From: Acidobacteriota bacterium
Lineage (GTDB): Bacteria; Acidobacteriota; UBA6911; RPQK01; JAJDTT01
DNA length: 64,000 nt
Assembly (NCBI GenBank): GCA_965263035.1
Contig: OZ253580.1
Location: forward strand, 3,744,001 to 3,808,000
Reading direction: 5' to 3'
Below, piece after piece: positions 35,581-44,269 of this stretch. Under the pieces are notes generated by a model. The model did no database searches. It had not been told where the DNA came from and saw nothing but the letters and a program-made list of their open reading frames with translations. Both the position numbers and the translations under genes were made by a program. Within the stretch, counting starts at the first letter, position 1; each line of letters begins with the position of its first letter.

Positions 35581-38364
35581 GTGGATGAAGAACTCGACCT
35601 GAAAGGAACCATCAACCTTCCCAGAACCCGATTCCGGATGAAGGCGAATCTGCCCGTTCTGGAGCCGCGGATTCTTAAATCTTGGGAGGAGTCGGGGATT
35701 TACGGGAAGATCCGCGAGTCGCGGAAGGGCCGGCCTCTCTTCATCCTTCACGACGGTCCCCCCTACGCCAACGGGCATCTCCACGTGGGACACGCCCTGA
35801 ACAAGATCCTCAAGGATCTCATTGTCCGTTCCAAGACCATGGAGGGTTACGATTGTCCTTTCGTGCCGGGGTGGGACTGCCATGGGCTGCCCATCGAGAT
35901 CCAGGTCATGGACCGAAAGCGGACCGACCTGGACCCGTTGGAAGTGCGCCGGCGATGCCGCCGGCACGCCGGCAAGTTCGTGCGCATCCAGGGGGATGAG
36001 TTCCGCCGCTTGGGTGTCACGGGAGACTGGAACGCGCCCTACCTGACCATGAGCCATTCCTATGAAGCCGAGACGGCTCGGCTACTGGGTGATTTCGTCC
36101 GCCGGGGAAGCGTCTACAAGGGTCTGAAACCGGTTCATTGGTGCATTCACTGTGAGACGGCTTTGGCCGAGGCCGAAGTGGAGTATTCAGAACATGTAAG
36201 CCCCTCGGTCTACGTCCGGTTTCCCGTGACGGGAGGACTTCATGGGCTGGACGTCGGCGCCCGCCCCATCTCGGTTCTGATCTGGACCACGACCCCTTGG
36301 ACCCTCCCCGCCAACATGGGTCTCTGCTTTCATCCCGACTTCCAATACGCGTTGTTGGAGACCCGGGACGAGGTTTTCATCCTGGCTGCCGATCTGGTTC
36401 CCCGCGTGTCCAAAGAGTGTGATTTGGGTGATTACCGGATTCTGGGACGGCTCCGGGGAGCCGCCCTCGAGGGTCTCGAGTGCCGCCACCCATGGATTCC
36501 GCGCCGGTCTGCGGTCGTCTTCGGAAATCACGTCACCATGGAACAGGGCACCGGAGTGGTCCATACCGCTCCCGGACACGGAGAAGAGGACTACCGTCTC
36601 GGGGTCGACAACGGTCTTGAGGTCTATTGTCCGGTGGACGGATCGGGCCGGTTCCTGCCGGAGGTGGATCACTTCGGGGGCATGCCTGTGTTCAAGGCCA
36701 ACCCTTCCATCAACGGCTTCATGGCCCGGGAAGGCCATCTGGTCTGGGAAGGGCCGTTCGAGCACAGTTATCCTCATTGCTGGCGCTGTCACAACCCGGT
36801 CATTTTTCGCGCCACGGCCCAGTGGTTCATCAGCATGGACCGGGAAGATCTGCGCGGCCGTGCCCTGCGCGAGATATCCAGGGTGAAGTGGCTTCCCTCC
36901 TGGGGCCGGGAGCGGATCCACAACATGATCTCCAGCCGGCCGGACTGGTGCATCAGCCGGCAGAGAACCTGGGGCGTTCCAATCGTCGCCTTCTACTGCA
37001 AAATATGCGGAAAGATCCTGCTGGAGAGCGATATTATCGAACATGTGTCACGGGTCTTCGAGCGGGAGGGAGCCGACGCCTGGTACCGGAGGCCTGCGTC
37101 AGAGCTTCTCCCGGAAAGCACCCGTTGCGCCTGTGGAAGCGAAGAATTCGAAAAAGACAAAGACATACTGGATGTTTGGTTCGACTCGGGGGTCAGCCAT
37201 CACGTGCTGCGGAATACGCCCGGACTCGACTGGCCCGCGGATCTCTACCTGGAGGGTGGAGACCAGTTCCGGGGCTGGTTTCACAGCTCCTTGCTGGTCG
37301 GGGTCGGCGTCAGCGACGGAGCTCCCTACAGGTCGGTTCTGTGCCATGGATGGACGCTGGATCCCGAAGGGAAAGCCATGTCCAAATCCAGAGGCAACGT
37401 CATTTCTCCCCAGGACATCACCAAGCGGGACGGCGCCGAGATCTTGCGTCTCTGGGTCTCATCCATCGACTACACCGAAGACGTCCGCCTGGGGGAAGAG
37501 ATCCTGTCCCGTCTCCGGGACGCCTACCGCAAGCTGAGAAATACGAGCCGCTTCCTCTTGGGCAACCTTCACGACTTCTCTCCGGAACTGGCGGTCCCGG
37601 ACGGGGAGCTGCTGGAGTTGGATCGTTGGGCTCTGGCCCACACCGCCGCCACGGTACGGCGCGTGGAGAAGGCGTACCGGGATTTCGAGTTTCACACCGT
37701 CTACCACTCCCTCTACCATTTCTGTGTCGTGGGGCTTTCCAGCTTTTATCTCGACGTTCTGAAGGATCGCCTCTACGTCTCGGCGGCCGATTCCAGAGAA
37801 CGCAGGTCGGCCCAGACGGCCCTGTTCCGGATCGCGGACGCATTGGTGCGGCTGTTGGCTCCGATCCTGCCCTTTACCACGACCCAGATCTGGGAAGAAC
37901 TTCACGGTCAGAATCCTCCGGCCGAGTCGGTCCACATGGCCGAGTTCTCCCGGGAACTGGACCGGTATGCGAACCCCGAGCTTCTGGAGCGATGGGAGCC
38001 GCTCCTGCAGATCCGCCACCAGGTCAGTAAAGCACTTGAGGAATGCCGGCAGGAGAAGCTCATCGGGAACTCGTTGGAGGCGACGGTCAGGATCGAGGCC
38101 GGCGCGGAGACTTACAGGTACCTCAGCCGGTATTCGAAGGATCTGGCCTCCGTCTTCATCGTCTCCGAGGTCGAACTCGGACTGAGAGAGGAAATGGAGA
38201 CGGATGAGACGAAGCTCAGCGTGACCAGAACCCAGGCGGAGAAATGCGCCCGGTGCTGGAACCATAGACGCTCGGTGGGGACCCATCCCGATCTCCCGCA
38301 CGTCTGCTCCCGCTGCCGCTCGGTGTTGGAACAGATCGGTGCCCTCAGTAGAAGTCCGGGATGA
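35581..38364 (+). CDS. ileS: Isoleucine--tRNA ligase (type 1)
   Basis: HDGPPYANG.LHVGH, WTTTPWTLP, GTGVVHTAPGHG, AMSKS, C-terminal CARCW...CSRC. Confidence 0.97.
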   Translation: MDEELDLKGTINLPRTRFRMKANLPVLEPRILKSWEESGIYGKIRESRKGRPLFILHDGPPYANGHLHVGHALNKILKDLIVRSKTMEGYDCPFVPGWDCHGLPIEIQVMDRKRTDLDPLEVRRRCRRHAGKFVRIQGDEFRRLGVTGDWNAPYLTMSHSYEAETARLLGDFVRRGSVYKGLKPVHWCIHCETALAEAEVEYSEHVSPSVYVRFPVTGGLHGLDVGARPISVLIWTTTPWTLPANMGLCFHPDFQYALLETRDEVFILAADLVPRVSKECDLGDYRILGRLRGAALEGLECRHPWIPRRSAVVFGNHVTMEQGTGVVHTAPGHGEEDYRLGVDNGLEVYCPVDGSGRFLPEVDHFGGMPVFKANPSINGFMAREGHLVWEGPFEHSYPHCWRCHNPVIFRATAQWFISMDREDLRGRALREISRVKWLPSWGRERIHNMISSRPDWCISRQRTWGVPIVAFYCKICGKILLESDIIEHVSRVFEREGADAWYRRPASELLPESTRCACGSEEFEKDKDILDVWFDSGVSHHVLRNTPGLDWPADLYLEGGDQFRGWFHSSLLVGVGVSDGAPYRSVLCHGWTLDPEGKAMSKSRGNVISPQDITKRDGAEILRLWVSSIDYTEDVRLGEEILSRLRDAYRKLRNTSRFLLGNLHDFSPELAVPDGELLELDRWALAHTAATVRRVEKAYRDFEFHTVYHSLYHFCVVGLSSFYLDVLKDRLYVSAADSRERRSAQTALFRIADALVRLLAPILPFTTTQIWEELHGQNPPAESVHMAEFSRELDRYANPELLERWEPLLQIRHQVSKALEECRQEKLIGNSLEATVRIEAGAETYRYLSRYSKDLASVFIVSEVELGLREEMETDETKLSVTRTQAEKCARCWNHRRSVGTHPDLPHVCSRCRSVLEQIGALSRSPG

Positions 38365-38410
38365 TGGGAGACGATTTCTTTCGGAAGCGATTCTTGCGGT
38401 GGAGAAGACG

Positions 38411-39841
38411 ATGAGACTTCTGGCGATCGGAGTGGCGGCAGTGGTACTGACGCTCGATCTCCTCACCAAGTGGTGGGTCAAGAACACCGTCTGGATGCAC
38501 TACCACAAGGTCATCGACGGATTCTTCACGATCCACTTCGTCCGCAACGAGGGCATTGCCTTCGGCCTGTTCCATGCCAATCCATCGGCCTGGAAACCGC
38601 TGATCCTTTCTTTCCTGGCCGTGGCAGCGGCGATCATGGTGCTGTATTACATCTGGACCAGTCCTCCCGAGGAAAGAGGCGTCCAATTGTTTCTGGGGCT
38701 TCTGTTGGGAGGGATCCTGGGGAATTTCTGCGACCGGCTGTTGCGTGGTTATGTCGTCGATTTTCTCGAGTTTCATTGGCATGACCGTTTCGCTTGGCCG
38801 ACCTTCAATCTGGCCGATGCCGCAATCACCTGCGGAGTCGCGGCGATTCTCTACCAGGGCTTTCTTGGAACGGGTAACGGGGACCGGGCCGCGAACCGTC
38901 CCGGCCGGAGAAACTCCGGCTCCTTGGGTGCGATTCTGCTGGCGGGTATGCTCTCGGCGCCCCTGCTGGGGGGATCGTCCTCGCCCGGGGCGCAAGAAAT
39001 CGTGGACCGCGTCCAGGAGCGGTACGAGCGGGTCGAAAGCTTCTCCGCCGATTTTCGGCAGGTTTTCCAGTCGCAGGGGGTCTATTTCGAGAGCGACTGG
39101 GGAGAGGGGATCCTGCTGATGAAACGCCCGGGAAGGATGTACTGGGAATACCAGCGTCCCACCAGGAAGCTGTTCGTGGCCGACGGCAATCAGACCTTCT
39201 TCTACGTTCCGAGTGAGAATCAGGTGACGATCTCCGATCTGGATCCGGAGACCGCGGATACGCCGCTGCTTTTTCTGCTGGGACCCAAACGGATCCGGGA
39301 CGACTTCCTGGTGCAATTCGAGACCGGGGAGGGGCCCTTGGACGAATCCAACCTGCTCCTGCGCCTGACGCCCATTCAGGCCCGGCCTGATTTCAGCTAT
39401 CTGTTGTTGGAGCTGTCCCCCAAGACTTTTCTCATCCACAGACTGTCCGTAGTCGAGCCCATCGGGAACCGGAACGACTACATCTTCAGCCGTTTCCGGG
39501 AGAACGTGAAGATTCGAGACAAACAGTTCCGCCTGGAGTTGCCGGACGGAGTGGAGATCATCCGAATCGGATCCGGCGCCGGTCTCAGGCCGGAGGAAGA
39601 TCCCGGCCGGTCTCCCCATCGAAGTCGGCTCGACACCGGGGTGGAGACGACTGGTACGTCAACAGCCCGTGGCGAAAGTCGTCGCGGCATTCGACCGTCC
39701 CTGCATCCCGGCGGACTGCGTTGCGACTCGGTCACATACTCCCGGTATGCTCCCTCATCGCGCCTGGTCCGGCGGGCGCAGGAACGGTCTCGGTGCTCGC
39801 GAGACTTTCACCACGGACTGTTAAGGAGAGTGTCGAGTTGA
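38411..39841 (+). CDS. lspA: Lipoprotein signal peptidase II fused to a LolA-like carrier domain, with a MITE-derived C-terminal tail
   Basis: DLLTK, NEGIAFG, GN..DR...GYVVDF, WPTFNLADAAI (LspA). Same frame, no stop, continues into FSADFRQ, KRPGRMYWEY, VADG, F...P.GVEII (LolA). Confidence 0.85.
   Translation: MRLLAIGVAAVVLTLDLLTKWWVKNTVWMHYHKVIDGFFTIHFVRNEGIAFGLFHANPSAWKPLILSFLAVAAAIMVLYYIWTSPPEERGVQLFLGLLLGGILGNFCDRLLRGYVVDFLEFHWHDRFAWPTFNLADAAITCGVAAILYQGFLGTGNGDRAANRPGRRNSGSLGAILLAGMLSAPLLGGSSSPGAQEIVDRVQERYERVESFSADFRQVFQSQGVYFESDWGEGILLMKRPGRMYWEYQRPTRKLFVADGNQTFFYVPSENQVTISDLDPETADTPLLFLLGPKRIRDDFLVQFETGEGPLDESNLLLRLTPIQARPDFSYLLLELSPKTFLIHRLSVVEPIGNRNDYIFSRFRENVKIRDKQFRLELPDGVEIIRIGSGAGLRPEEDPGRSPHRSRLDTGVETTGTSTARGESRRGIRPSLHPGGLRCDSVTYSRYAPSSRLVRRAQERSRCSRDFHHGLLRRVSS
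39663..39820 (+). mobile_element. MITE family A (158 bp) inside the 3' end of lspA-lolA
   Basis: Flanks TCAA/TTAA; translated without a stop in the LolA frame. Confidence 0.9.
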
Positions 39842-40842
39842 GCGAGATTCGGGCGAATATAACGGCCGTGGGGATGTACGTTCCGGAGAAGCGCGTCACC
39901 AACCGCGACTTGAGCCGGGTTCTGGACACTTCCGACAGGTGGATTCGAGAGCGAACCGGGATCTCGGAACGCCGAATTGCCGGCAAGGACCAGGCCAATA
40001 GCGATCTCTCGGTTCTGGCCATTCGAAACGCTTTGGAAGGCACGCCGCATCGCCCTGAAGATATCGACCTCATCATCGTCACAACCGTCACTCCGGACAT
40101 GATGTTCCCTTCGACCGCCTGCCGGGTCCAGGAAAAGATCGGGGCCAGGAACGCGTGGGGATTCGATCTGTCCGGGGCTTGCTCCGGATTCCTTTTCGGC
40201 CTCTCGACGGCTGCGCAGTTCATTCGGACGGGAACCCACAAGAAGGTCCTGGTGGTGGGAACCGACGTGATGAGCTCCATCATCGACTTCGAGGACCGGG
40301 CCACCTGCGTTCTCTTCGGAGACGGCGCCGGGGCCGTCCTCCTGGAGCCCACCGAGGAGGAGGAGACGGGCATCCTGGACGTGACCCTGGGGTGCGATGG
40401 GTCAGGAGGGAAGTTCCTGTTCATGCCGGCCGGAGGGAGTCACCGCCCCGCGAGCCACGAAACCGTGGACAAGCGAATGCACTATGTCCATCAGGACGGC
40501 AGGAACGTCTTCAAGTTCGCGGTTCGGGTGATGTGCGAAACTTCGGTCGAATTGCTCCGGCGAAACGGCATTCCTAACGATCAGCTGTCGCTTTTCGTCC
40601 CCCACCAGGCCAACATGCGAATCATCAAGTCGTCCATGACGCGCCTGAAATTGAGAGAGGAACAGGTTGCGGTCAACATCGACCGCTATGCCAACACCAC
40701 GGCGGCGACCATCCCCACCTGTCTGGCCGAAGCTCACCGGCAGGGACGATTGAAGAAGCGGGACAAGATCCTCATGGTCTCCTTCGGAGCGGGATTCACC
40801 TGGGGTGGGATTCTTCTCGGCTGGGGAATGGATCCACCGTAA
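39838..40842 (+). CDS. fabH: Beta-ketoacyl-ACP synthase III
   Basis: DTSDRWIRERTGI, ACSGF, FGDGAGA, VPHQAN, GAGFTWG; TTG start after AGGAG. Confidence 0.95.
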   Translation: MSEIRANITAVGMYVPEKRVTNRDLSRVLDTSDRWIRERTGISERRIAGKDQANSDLSVLAIRNALEGTPHRPEDIDLIIVTTVTPDMMFPSTACRVQEKIGARNAWGFDLSGACSGFLFGLSTAAQFIRTGTHKKVLVVGTDVMSSIIDFEDRATCVLFGDGAGAVLLEPTEEEETGILDVTLGCDGSGGKFLFMPAGGSHRPASHETVDKRMHYVHQDGRNVFKFAVRVMCETSVELLRRNGIPNDQLSLFVPHQANMRIIKSSMTRLKLREEQVAVNIDRYANTTAATIPTCLAEAHRQGRLKKRDKILMVSFGAGFTWGGILLGWGMDPP

Positions 40843-40956
40843 TCCCCCATCTGTGCCGGGTCCCGGCGTGTCGGACAAACGCCATCCGGTGCCCAGCGGC
40901 TTGCGTCAGGCTTGTCGAAGTCTGCCGGGCTGGTGAGAAAGGCGGGCCGGATGGCG

Positions 40957-41481
40957 TCAGATGAAGAGTTCCTCTTCAGGCGACTTGGTTCCGGTCTTCT
41001 TCCCTCGCCGCCCCAATAAGAACGATAGTCCCGACTGGATCCCTTTGAAGAAGGAACCGATTTCCAGAATGGGTCTCAAGACGTCCTTCTGAATCACTTC
41101 GCTGGTCTGCTCGAACTTCTCGACCGTGTCGGTGACCAGGCCGTCCACTCTCTGGGCCTGTTCGTGTCCCAGCCGAATCACTTCCTTCACCAAACCATCC
41201 ACCTCTTCGGTGGTTCTTCGGAAGGCGCCCAGCACGAAGCGGACATTGTCGTTGAACTCATTGCCGAGATGCCGCACCGGCTCCAGGCTCTCGGTCACTT
41301 GGGTCAATTTGGCGCTGACGGACTCGACAGCGGATTCGAGCCTCCGGGTCTCCTGCTGCAGCTCCTCGGCCATCTTTCGAACCGTCTGAGCCGCCCGCCA
41401 CACGGAGAGGGCTTGGAGGGTCATGGAGAGGGCGGTAATGCCGATGAACAGGATGAGCAGGAGTTCAGCGCTCAAGTGCAT
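40957..41481 (-). CDS. Membrane-anchored coiled-coil protein (DUF948/YoxC-like)
   Basis: N-terminal TM and heptad helices; paired with a YtxH gene. Confidence 0.6.
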   Translation of the reverse strand: MHLSAELLLILFIGITALSMTLQALSVWRAAQTVRKMAEELQQETRRLESAVESVSAKLTQVTESLEPVRHLGNEFNDNVRFVLGAFRRTTEEVDGLVKEVIRLGHEQAQRVDGLVTDTVEKFEQTSEVIQKDVLRPILEIGSFFKGIQSGLSFLLGRRGKKTGTKSPEEELFI

Positions 41482-41559
41482 TCCCCACGGTTAGGACCGA
41501 ATCGAACGAGGGACGGTGCTCCGTCCTCGGACTCAGGACGCGTTGTCTTCGTCCGGAAC

Positions 41560-41901
41560 TCAGTCGGCGGACTCTTCCGGTGTCTCCGTCCGGCCCCGGT
41601 AGCTCCGTCTGGCCGTTTCCAGGACGACGCCGAGTTGCTCCTTTTTCTTCCGGAGAGTCTCCCTTTCCCGGTTCAGGGTCTGACTGGCCCTGCCGGCAAG
41701 GTCGCGGCCCTTCTCCTCCAGCACTTCTCTGCCTTCCCGGAGCTTCCGGCCGACCTTGTCGGCGCCCCCTCGGGCTTTGCCTTCCAACAACTCCCGAGTC
41801 TCGTCACCCGACTGGGGGGCCAGCAACAGCGCCACACAGGCGCCCACAAAGCTGCCGATGAGAAAATAGACCAGCTTGTCTCCACTTGAGGCCATAGCCA
41901 T
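41560..41901 (-). CDS. YtxH domain protein
   Basis: FLIG..VGA.VALLLAPQSG.ETR; GAAGGAG Shine-Dalgarno. Confidence 0.88.
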   Translation of the reverse strand: MAMASSGDKLVYFLIGSFVGACVALLLAPQSGDETRELLEGKARGGADKVGRKLREGREVLEEKGRDLAGRASQTLNRERETLRKKKEQLGVVLETARRSYRGRTETPEESAD

Positions 41902-42119
41902 TACTCCTTCCGGTCCCGGTCCGGATCCATCAATTCAAGGTTACCATAGCCAGGATGAGGCATGACGGAGGAGGGGCGGGTGTGGGAACAGGATGTGCCC
42001 GGCAGAACGATATCGTGGCTGATTCCCGCAGCTCCGCTTGACGATCTCCCTCTGGGGCCGGGTTTGTGGAGGCGGACGGGTCTCGGGTAGAATACCGGGC
42101 GTTACGGAAGGAAGCTGCG

Positions 42120-42362
42120 ATGATCAAGGATTTGCTGCCCAGACAGGTCGTATGCAACGAGAGAAATGCCAAGGGCAAGCCCTGCCACGGGAGTTTGAAA
42201 CGATATTATCCGTTTGCCGGATACTACAACGAGCCTGACAAAACGCTCCGGCAGGAAATCGAGAGCGAGTTCGGCAAGAAAAAAACTCTGGTGCTGCTCA
42301 AGTGCGAGGAGTGCGCCGTCGTATTCCGGCTGCCTGGGGAATTGAAGGTCAAGTTCGGCTGA
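42120..42362 (+). CDS. Small hypothetical protein, putative zinc ribbon
   Basis: 80 aa; C-x9-C ... CEEC; TAGAAT -10 and AGGAAG upstream. Confidence 0.6.
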   Translation: MIKDLLPRQVVCNERNAKGKPCHGSLKRYYPFAGYYNEPDKTLRQEIESEFGKKKTLVLLKCEECAVVFRLPGELKVKFG

Positions 42363-42470
42363 ACGGAGTCCGGAACCCGCACCAAATACTGCGTAGTACT
42401 TTTTCTGCTTTCATCTCAGGGGACTGCTGGCCGGGTCTGCCGGCGGCCCCTGTCTGCCGTCGCGCTCCAG

Positions 42471-43076
42471 ATGCAGATCTACACCGATTTTGACGGAACC
42501 ATTACCGATCGCGACTCCATCGTCCTGCTGGTCCAGGAGTTCGGAGGCGGCGACCGCTATCGGCGAGACCTGCTGTCCGAATTCGAGAACGGGACCCTGT
42601 CGGCGGCCGAGGTGATTGCCGAGGAGATCGCCTCGGTGGACGCCTCGTGGGAAGAGGTCGCCGCCTGTCTCAAGCAAATGGTCCGGGTCGACCCCACCTT
42701 TCCCGGATTCGTGAACTGGTGCCGCGAATCTTCGATTCCCCTCTGCGTCGTCAGTTCGGGGCTGGAGCAGATCATCGCCTTCATGATCGGAGACCTGGGG
42801 GTGCCGGTCGTGGCGCATACGGCCCGGATCGACGGCCGGAGTTGGCGCTACTATCGGCGGCCGGAGTCGGAGAAGGAGTCGGTGGTGCGGGCGGCGAGCG
42901 AGGCCGATGAGGTCACCTTCATTGGCGACGGCATATCGGATATCTGTGTTCTCCCCTATGTGGATCGCATCTTCGCTAAACGCTACCTGGAAAAGTATTG
43001 CCGGAAACGGGGCATCGACTTTCTCCCCTACGACACCTTCCAGGACGTCCGGAACCGGCTGCAGGCCGAGCTCTAG
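42471..43076 (+). CDS. HAD-IB phosphatase (MtnX-like)
   Basis: DFDGTIT, VVSSG, FIGDGISD. Confidence 0.85.
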   Translation: MQIYTDFDGTITDRDSIVLLVQEFGGGDRYRRDLLSEFENGTLSAAEVIAEEIASVDASWEEVAACLKQMVRVDPTFPGFVNWCRESSIPLCVVSSGLEQIIAFMIGDLGVPVVAHTARIDGRSWRYYRRPESEKESVVRAASEADEVTFIGDGISDICVLPYVDRIFAKRYLEKYCRKRGIDFLPYDTFQDVRNRLQAEL

Positions 43077-43239
43077 GAGTCTGCGCGGTAGAAATGATCG
43101 TAGCGAGAAAGTGGGAAATCGAGGCCAGATTTTCTCGATTTTGAGGTGCATAGTTGTTCTATTCGCCGAGAAATCGGGGAAATATGGACCGATTTTACCA
43201 CTTTCGCAGTAGATCAATTTCTGCGGCGCAGGCTCCTAG
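43073..43239 (+). mobile_element. MITE family B, 167 bp
   Basis: CTAG at both ends. The left CTAG holds the phosphatase stop, and the element fills the whole gap between convergent genes. Confidence 0.9.
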
Positions 43240-43240
43240 G

Positions 43241-44269
43241 TCAAACCGGCCAGTACGAGCTCAGGCCGGGACGGAGCTGTTCCATATAGGGCCCCGAATT
43301 CGGACTGGGTTCCAGCCCGGGACCGGCTTCCGGCGGGTCCAAGCCGGCGGCCACTGTAGTCTCCACAGAGGCGGCCAAGGCCTTCAGGTTGTAGCCACCT
43401 TCCAGCACGTAGAGAATCCTGCCGCCGCAGATCTTCGCGGCGGCCCGGTTCAGGTCCGCTGCCATCCTGGCGTAACCTCGCTCATCCAACAGCATTCCGG
43501 CCAGGGGATCATCCCGGTGGGCGTCGAATCCCGCGGAAACCAGGATCAACTCGGGCTCGTAGCTGGACAGGATGGGCAGCACCATCCGCAGCAGCAGGGA
43601 GGAGTAAAAGCCGTTGGTCTGACCGGCGGGAATCGGGAAATTGACCGTCATTCCCTTGCCTTTCCCCACGCCCACTTCGGTGTAGTAGCCGGTTCCCGGG
43701 TACAGAGGGTGCTGGTGCATGGATACGTAGAGGACATCGTCCCGGTGGTAGAAGGCGGCCTGGGTGCCGTTGCCGTGGTGGACGTCGAAGTCGACGATGG
43801 CCAGGCGCCGAACCAGACCCTGGTCCAAGGCCCACTGGGCGCCCACGGCCACGTTGTTGAAGAGGCAGAAACCCATCGCCTTCCCCGGTTCGGCGTGGTG
43901 GCCGGGTGGCCTGACGGCCGCGAACCCGGAGTCGAGTTCTCCTTGAAAGAGAAGTTCGATCATTCGAATGACGCTCCCTGCCGCCAGCAACGCCACGTCA
44001 GGGGAGGCTCCGCCCGAATAGGTGTCCCAGTCCAGGGGATGGAGCGGCTGATATCGTGTCCCCTTGATGGTGGCTACGTGGTCTCGGGTGTGGACCCGGA
44101 GAACGGCTTCTTCGGCTGCGGGGGTGGGCGCCACCTGCACCACGCGGCTGAATGCCGAGTGAGCGGACAGTCTCCGGGAGATGGCTCGAAGCCGGTCCGG
44201 ACGTTCGGGATGTTCAGGTGGAACCTGGTGTTCGAGGAAGACGGGATCCAACACCAGACCGTAGCGCAT
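43241..44269 (-). CDS. Histone deacetylase-family (AcuC/APAH-like) amidohydrolase
   Basis: HPERPDRL, RPPGHHA, GFCLFNN, DFDVHHGNGTQ, SAGFDAH, LEGGY. Confidence 0.95.
   Translation of the reverse strand: MRYGLVLDPVFLEHQVPPEHPERPDRLRAISRRLSAHSAFSRVVQVAPTPAAEEAVLRVHTRDHVATIKGTRYQPLHPLDWDTYSGGASPDVALLAAGSVIRMIELLFQGELDSGFAAVRPPGHHAEPGKAMGFCLFNNVAVGAQWALDQGLVRRLAIVDFDVHHGNGTQAAFYHRDDVLYVSMHQHPLYPGTGYYTEVGVGKGKGMTVNFPIPAGQTNGFYSSLLLRMVLPILSSYEPELILVSAGFDAHRDDPLAGMLLDERGYARMAADLNRAAAKICGGRILYVLEGGYNLKALAASVETTVAAGLDPPEAGPGLEPSPNSGPYMEQLRPGLSSYWPV

Noticed and set aside
3653-43239. Repeats as a CRISPR array or attC cassette array
   Set aside because: Copies are dispersed, about 160 bp long and in both orientations, with no spacer periodicity, cas genes or integrase.
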